Source of the DNA: Felis catus
Lineage: Eukaryota
Assembly (NCBI RefSeq): GCF_018350175.1
Contig: NC_058384.1
Location: 67,890,001 to 67,954,000 of the forward strand
Direction of reading: 5' to 3'
DNA: 64,000 bases
Part shown: positions 57,136-64,000 of the stretch, in pieces
How the letters are laid out: the number at the start of each line of letters is the position of its first letter
Numbering within the stretch: position 1 is the first letter of the stretch
Notes under the pieces: model-generated
Database searches by the model: none
The model's input: only the letters and a program-made list of their open reading frames with translations
Told to the model about the DNA's origin: nothing
Made by a program: the position numbers and the translations under genes

Positions 57136-60100
57136 ATGACGCTGCGCTTCCTGGCCCCTTGCTTCCTCCTGCTGCTTACAGGTGAGGGGCACAGCCGGGG
57201 AGGGGGCTGCCTTGCTCGTGTGGTCTTCTCAGCGTTTGCGTCAGGTCTCTTTCCTCGCAGATGGCATCCCCGGGGGCGGCCTGGTCTGTGCCAGAATACA
57301 GGAGGGCGGCCAAGGACAGACAAGAGCCGGCCCCTCGCCCCTGGGGAGAGCTGGTGCCAGGGGCCTAGAAAGACCTGAAGAGAAGTCTGGGGAGGTGGGG
57401 GGGGGGGGTCAGGAGACATAGATCTTAGGAGCAGAGAAATGGACAGCTAGGAGCAGGGGTGTGGGGGGAGAGGGAGGTTGCCAGCCAGGGAGGAGGAGGA
57501 GGGCCCGACCAGGATTTGCCCCACTCCGAATCTTCCCGAGCCGTTGCTTCTCAGGAGGCCGAAGGATGTCTTTCCTCCTTGTTCTGATTTGACCCCAACC
57601 CAGACCTGTGCCCTCAACCTCTTACACTTATCACTGCAGCCCAAGACACCGCTGGCACCTCGTCCCTGACCATCAGCCCTACCTCAAGCTCGGCCTCCGC
57701 CCCAGGACTCCCTGACACCTCACCCCTGACCACCACTGACACCTTGTCCTCGACCACCACTGACTTCCCGTCCCCGACTACCACTGACACCTCATCCACC
57801 ACTGACACCCTGACCACCAACGACACCTTGTCCTCGACCACCACTGACACGTCGTCCCCGACCACCAATGACACCACGTCCCTGACCACCAATGACACCA
57901 CGTCCCTGACCACCACTGACACCTTGTCCTCGACCACCACTGACTTCCCGTCCCCGACCACCACTGACACCTCATCCACCACTGACACCCTGACCACCAA
58001 CGACACCTTGTCCTCGACCACCACTGACACGTCATCCCCGACCACCAATGACACCACGTCCCTGACCACCAATGACACCTTGTCCTCGACCACCACTGAC
58101 TCCCCGTCCCCGACCACCACTGACACCTCATCCCTGACCACCAATGACACCTTGTCCTCGGCCACCACTGACACGTTGTCCCCGACCACCACTGACATGT
58201 CCCTGACCACCAATGACACCACGTCCCTGACCACCAACGACACCTTGTCCTCAACCACCACTGACTCCTTGCCCCTGACCACCACTCACACCTTGTCCCC
58301 GACCACCACTGACGTGTCCCTGACCACCAATGACACCACGTCCCTGACCACCAACGACACCTTGTCCTCAACCACCACTGACTCCTCGCCCCTGACCACC
58401 ACTCACACCTTGTCCCCGACCACCACTGACATGTCCCTGACTACCAATGACACCACGTCCCCGACCACCAACGACACCTTGTCCTCGGCCACCACTGACA
58501 CCTTGTCCCCGACCACCACTCACACCTTGTCCCCGACCACTACTGACACGTCGTCCCTGACTACCAATGACACCACGTCCCCGACCACCAACGACACCTT
58601 GTCCTCGGCCACCACTCACACCTTGTCCCCGACCACCACTCACACCTTGTCCCCGACCACTACTGACACGTCGTCCCTGACTACCAATGACACCACGTCC
58701 CTGACCACCAACGACACCTTGTCCTCGGCCACCACTCACACCTTGTCCCCGACCACCACTCACACCTTGTCCCCGACCACCACTCACACCTTGTCCCCGA
58801 CCTCTACTGACACGTCGTCCCCGACCGCCAATGACACCACGTCCCTGACCACCGCTGGCACCTCATCCTTCACCAGCAGCCCCGCCAGCCACAGCGCCAG
58901 GACCACCACCAGCGCCACTAACCACAGTGTGGAGCCCGTCACCTCCTCCAATCATAAGACTTCTCCCCAGTTGTCCATTAGGATCTCCTTTTTCTTCCTG
59001 TCCTTTTCCATTTCGAACCTTCAGTTTAACTCTTCTCTGGAAGATCCCAACACCAGCTACTACCAGGAGCTGCAGAGAAACATTTCTGAGTGGGTGAGTG
59101 GCTATTTTTTCTCTGTCGTGCTCCCCCAGCAGCAGCCCCAAAACCGCCTGAACGGTTTGCATCAAGCCTTAATCCCGCCCTTCTCACCCAGTTTTTGCAG
59201 GTTTATAATCAGGAAGATTTTCTGGGCCTCTCCAGCATCAAGTTCAGGTACAATTCCGGGCGTGGGCCCTGTGGGGAGGGCGGAAGTTGCCGCCACTGTG
59301 GGGAGGGCTGGCGCACTCACGGCCCCGGGGTGGGGGTGGGGGGGATTGCTGGCCCGGACGCTGGGACTCCTGGCTGAGTTCTCTTTCCCCGGGAGCAGGC
59401 CAGGAACTGTGGTGGTAGAATGCACCCTGGCCTTCCGACAGGGCACCACCGATGCCCTCAACGTGAGGACACAGCTTGAGGAGCACAGAGCAGAAGCAGC
59501 CAGATACAACATGTCCATCTCGAGTGTCCATGGTGAGGCCCCCGCCTCCCGGGCCCCTCCCTCCCGCCTCCGGGCTCCTGCTCTTCTTCCCCAGAGTGCT
59601 GGGAGGGGAGGGCCACCTCCCTGGGACAGTATTTTGACCACTGCTTTTCCTCGTAGTACGTGACGCGTCATTTCCTTCCGCTGCTGGGTCCGGGTCTGGG
59701 GTACCCGGCTGGGGCATCGCCCTGCTGGTGCTGGTGTGTGTCCTGCTGGCACTGGCCATCGTCTATCTCGTTGTCCTGGTGAGTGTGTGGCCTCCAGCCC
59801 TGACCACAGCTGCCCCGCTGGAGGGAACTCCACGGCCCCCCCTGACACCTTGTTTCCCCAGACCGTGCGTCAGTGCCGCCGGAAGAACTGTGGGCAGCTG
59901 GACCTCTTTCCGCCCCGCGATGCCTATCACCCTATGAGCGAGTACCCCACCTACCATACCCACGGGCGCTACATCCCCCTGGGAGTACCAGACGCAGCCC
60001 CTATGAGGAGGTGAGGGTGGGGCCCACGGTGCTAGGGCTGGGCAGGGGCTCTGGAAGGATGCTTGCAAAGCCCGGAGAACTTGGAAGGGAAAGGTGGTGC

Positions 60101-60970
60101 AGAGGACGCGGCACAGGGCCCGGTGAGCATGGGGTCAGAGGTCAGAGGAGGCCTGGGGAGGGGACCTTGGGAATCAGGGGACCTCCAAGGAGAGGGTCCG
60201 GCGTCTCCAGCTAGCGTTCCCTGCCGTGCCGAACGGGGATCTCAGACATGAAAGGGGTGAGGCTCCGTGCCCAGGGGAGCCCTTCCCGCGGGGACTCACA
60301 AGGGAAGAGGCACCTGTGCCCCGCCTCCCCTCCAGGCTGCTGAGAGTGGAGAGTAGATTGAGAAAGGCTGGCAGGAACGTGGGCTAAGAAGTCTCGCCAG
60401 GCGAGCCTGGGCGCCATGGGCCTCTGGCCTCTGGAGGAAGCAAGGACCCCTCCTCCCCCTCTGCTCACCTGGCCTTTCTCTCCAGGGCCTGGTAAATAAT
60501 TACTCGGGCCACCTGGGGCTGGAACGCCACTCCAGGTGGGGGAGGGGAGCTTCCTTCCCTTGACCCTGTTTTCCTTCGCCCGCGGACTTCCTTCCCCCAG
60601 TTTTACGGAGACACAGAGACACGCATACACCTGCCGGGGCTGCGGGCACAGAGGATGGAAGGAGAAGGGAGCAGTAGGGGAGGGCAGGGGGGCTGCTGAG
60701 AGCCCAGGGGAGGGAGTGAAGGGGAGCGGAGGGAGGAGGAGAGGCCCCTGTTTACGGTCACCTGGCTGCCAGCGGGGGCCCGGCAGGTGTTTTTCCAATT
60801 AACCCTTCCAGAGTTAGTGAGAGTCTCGGGCCTGTTACCCCGCCTGGGGTGGGACCCACAGCCCCGGGAGGCGCTCTCAGCCGGCGTCTCCCCCCACCCA
60901 GGTCTCCGCGGGCAACGGCGGCGGCAGCCTCGCTTACACGAACCCGGCGGCCACCTCTGCTGACTTGTAG
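57136..60970 (+). CDS. MUC1: Mucin-1, 7 exons, with an apparent 1-nt deletion in exon 6
   Basis: Exons 57136-57181 (signal peptide), 57640-59093 (VNTR and SEA start), 59192-59247, 59399-59532 (GTVVV), 59657-59778 ([16 protein letters not shown]), 59862-60010 ([15 protein letters not shown]), 60902-60970 ([15 protein letters not shown]). Total 2030 nt, one base short of a whole number of codons. Confidence 0.95.
57715..58860 (+). repeat. MUC1 coding VNTR, 24-bp (8-aa) monomer with 21-bp variants and higher-order blocks
   Basis: Units such as ACCACCACTGACACCTTGTCCTCG (TTTDTLSS) and ACCACCAATGACACCACGTCCCTG (TTNDTTSL). Confidence 0.95.
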
Positions 60971-61231
60971 GGCGTGTTGCCTGCCCGCGTCCAGCCGGTG
61001 CCAGCTGCCTCCCCCGGGCTCCTTGCTGCCAGGCCTCTCCTCTCAGCTCCGTCCCGGGCTGGTGAGCTGGCAGTTCAGCTTGGGCCACTCACAGGCCCCA
61101 CCACGTCCCCTCACCGGCCTCGGCCCTGCCGAAACCCATTGGAGCCCCTTGGGGACAAGCCTGGGACAGTGGCTCCCAGGAAAACAGGCCCAGGGAGCCC
61201 TGAGAGGGAAGTTAGCCCCAGAATGTGGCTG

Positions 61232-61237
61232 AATAAA
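61232..61237 (+). terminator. MUC1 polyadenylation signal
   Basis: AATAAA about 260 nt after the canonical stop. Confidence 0.85.
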
Positions 61238-62122
61238 ACGTGGACCCCCTCTGTGCTGCCACCTTGGGATCTGTCCTCTGTGGCCCCTCGTGACCCTCTG
61301 TGACCCGTAGATGGGGGCGCCGAATGTGGGGAGGGGACCTGGAAGGGGTCTTTGCCGGGGGGGGGGGGAAGAAGGCAAGAGGTGGGGTTCATCTGGAAAG
61401 CAGGAGGCGTGGTGAGGAGACGACATTGGGGTGCCGGTCACCTCTTCCCATCCCTGGCGGCGCAGGAGGAAGGAGGAAACGAAACCGAGGCGGCTCCGAG
61501 GCTGGCGTGACCCGGCTCCACCTGCACCCGCGGCTGCCCTCGCCCCTCTCCTGGGCTGGGGGCTGGGGGCTGGTGGCGGCCACACCCTCGCCTCCCCTTG
61601 GCCCCGTGCCCCTGGCGGCTCTATTCTTAGTGTCCCGGAGTGTGAAGTAAGCCCCTGGGCCGCGATAACGCAGGCAGAGTCAACACGGCCACCACGATAA
61701 GCTGCATCAGATCCCAGATCCGGAGGTGCTGGCGCCGGGCCCGGCCCCCTCCCTGGCCAGCGGGGTCGACTCCAGGCGCCCCGGGAATGGGGAAGTCGTT
61801 CTGCTTCCCTGACCCCTTCGGGCCCAGGCACAGGGCCTGCCCTCTCGCCACATCCCCTGGGGCCCTGGGGCCCTGGGCCCCTGCCGGGCCGGCAGCCACC
61901 AGGACGGCGGGTCCCCTGAAGGCCGCCGTCAGCCTGGGCCTGAGCGGGAGCCGGTGTGGCGGGAGGCCCAGAGCACCCGGCCAGGGACCTCCTTCCCTCG
62001 GGCCCCAGGTCCGCCCAGCACCCCTGCTCTGAGCCACGGTGCTGCACCCTGGGTCCTTCCCGTCTGCTACGCCCAGCACAGGAAACAAAGGAATGGAAGG
62101 CAGAGATGTGCCGGCATCACAG

Positions 62123-62128
62123 TTTATT
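62123..62128 (-). terminator. TRIM46 polyadenylation signal
   Basis: TTTATT on the + strand. Confidence 0.75.
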
Positions 62129-62833
62129 GTTTATAAACCATGAAAGTAACAGCTGTTGTTCGGCACGGGCCGGGCAGTGCCCACTGCAGGGGGGCAGCAG
62201 CGGACCCCAGAGGCCTTGCCTAGCCCAACCCACGGGGGACACCCAACCTCAGCTGGGGCCCCACGGGAGACTTGGCACGTTGGCGTGGGTGTGGGACAGG
62301 GTAAAGCATGCAAGAGGGAGACAGGGGATACAGGCATGCGGCCGAGGGGCGTGGGGACCCCAACGACTAAAGCAGGATGACGGGGCCCCCTTCCCCTCAC
62401 CAGGGAGCGCCTGGGCAGTGTCTGGCCAAAAAAGCCTGCCCGCCCCAAGGCTGTAGTTGAGGACTGACGGGGCAGGGAGCTGGGCAGGGCAGAGTGCAGA
62501 GGGCAGACTGGGGATCATGCCCAGAGTTCCAGATGCCTTCCCTCCCCGGGAGCCGGGGGAGAGGCACGGGACAGGGATGGGGAAGGGGGCCCCTCCGTGA
62601 CTCGGGTAAGATGCCAAGGGCAGGGTGTGGGGCAGAGACTCGGCGGGGGCTGGAGGGAATGAGGGATATCTAGAAAGGTGAGCAGAGGAGAGTCCCCTGG
62701 TGGAGGGAAGGCCCCAGGAATACACAGACATCGGGTAAGGGGCCAGGGGGCACGGCAGGAGGAGCGTGAGGGGGAAGCTGCCGGAGGCATAACCCGGCTC
62801 CAGCAGGCCTGGGGGGGGGGGGCAGGGCCCGGG

Positions 62834-63227
62834 TCAGTCCAGCTTGGCGAAGCCCCCGATGGTGACCTTCCTCTCAGGCTTGGTGCCCACGGGCTCCTGC
62901 AGTTGGACGGCACCGCCCCCGATGAAGCAGAAGGCAGGGCACACGGGCCCCGAGCAGTCCAGGGGGCACTCCAGGAGCCCGCGGAAGGACACGGCGTCCA
63001 GAAAAGAAACTCGGCCCCGCTCGTAGTCCAGGCAGATGCCCAGGCGGGGCGGCAGGGGCACGGTGCAGCTGGCCGCGGGGCCGTCCCGCCCCGTCAGCCC
63101 CGCGTTGGAGCTGGCCCCCGACCCCAGCAGGATCTTGCCCATGCCGATGGTCAGGAAGGCGAAAGGTGGCGAAGCCTCCACGGTGGCGTCCTCGGCACCG
63201 CTGTCGTGTCCGCTGTCCGGGTCGTAC
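62834..63227 (-). CDS. TRIM46: Tripartite motif protein 46, last coding exon only (SPRY C-terminus)
   Basis: Acceptor CGCAG| at 63228-63229; [60 protein letters not shown]. Confidence 0.93.
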
Positions 63228-64000
63228 CTGCGGGAGCCGGTGGGTGGGAAGGTGTTGGGAGCGGAGGGGGGAAGTGGGGCACCGGGGGGGGGGGGAAGGC
63301 AAGGGCTGGCTGAGACACAAGGGGTGGGGTGGGGCCGAGGGCTGAGACGGTGACAGGACGGGATGTCGGGGAGCGAGAGGATCGACTTGGGACGCGTCGC
63401 AGACACAGGGGTTAGAATATGGGGCGGGGGGGGGGGGGGGAGTCTGAGTCCACGAGGAAAGCGGTATCGAAGGGCAAGGACGTTGGCACGAGAGGCAGGG
63501 GAGAAGGAGGTGAGGATCAGGCACCATGAGGAGGCAGGAGACAGGAAGGAGTGAGGAGAGCAACGGGGGAGGGGCATCACGCCGGCAAGGAGCTCCAGGA
63601 GGGTTTGAGGGGGTTGAGGCGGCCTAGTGACCGAGGGGCTGGGGAGAGAAAGGCTGTCGGGAAGGCAGGTGTTGGGAGAGAGCTGGGGTGGAGGGGTGTG
63701 GGATGGGGGTGCATTTCAGAGAAATGGAGTGTTTAGGGACAGTGCGGGGAGAAAGGGTTCGGGGAGGCACACGCGTGGGGGACGTTAAGCAGGGCGCTGG
63801 CAATGGGGGGGTGGAGATGGCAACGTCAAGGGAAGGATTTTAGGATGTTGAAGACAGACGCGGTGAAGGAGGTCCTGGGAAGAGTGGGTTTTGTGGAGAC
63901 AGCACGTTGGAAACGGCGTTGGGAGATGCAGAGGCCGGACAGGTGGCCTGGTGGGCCTGAGGGACAGGTGGAAGCAGGTGGACGGCCCCTCTCCCCACAT

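Noticed and set aside
57602-57639. In-frame upstream AG, 36 nt before the MUC1 exon 2 acceptor, reminiscent of the human A/B variants
   Set aside because: Weak pyrimidine tract and a different spacing from human (27 nt); cannot be supported without RNA data.
57614-58787. Long repetitive minus-strand ORFs (Val/Asp-, Trp/Cys- and Gly/Arg-rich)
   Set aside because: They are antisense frames of the MUC1 VNTR, open only because the repeat lacks the relevant triplets; no splice or promoter support.
57715-58860. Regular short repeats resembling a CRISPR array
   Set aside because: Eukaryotic coding tandem repeat with no unique spacers and no cas genes.

Overview
Mammalian genomic DNA from a cat-like carnivore (inferred from dense SINEC_Fc-type Can-SINEs), orthologous to the human 1q22 GBA1 locus. 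Gene order: CLK2(+), SCAMP3(+), ENTREP3/FAM189B(+), a repeat-rich spacer with an orphan CpG island, single-copy GBA1(+), MTX1(-), THBS3(+), an inferred MIR92B(-) hidden in an N-run, MUC1(+), and the last exon of TRIM46(-). Exons were read from GT-AG junctions and compared with human proteins from memory. GBA1 (536 aa) and MTX1 core (317 aa) close exactly; SCAMP3 (347), THBS3 (956) and CLK2 (499) close if the masked exons have human lengths. The ten N-runs are not random: four are exactly 132 nt and six cover exons, so they look like a deliberate mask. Top leads: (1) a MUC1 VNTR of 8-aa Thr-rich units with 18 N-D-T N-glycosylation sequons, plus an altered SEA site (GTVVV), loss of CQC (RQC) and an apparent 1-nt frameshift in the tail; (2) a candidate non-AUG N-terminal extension of CLK2; (3) a pentanucleotide repeat that sets which upstream ATG is in frame with MTX1; (4) loss of the second GBA1 start codon; (5) an RFX/TATA antisense unit around miR-92b; (6) loss of the SCAMP3 PSAP motif. 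No alignments or searches were run. Repeat boundaries are approximate.
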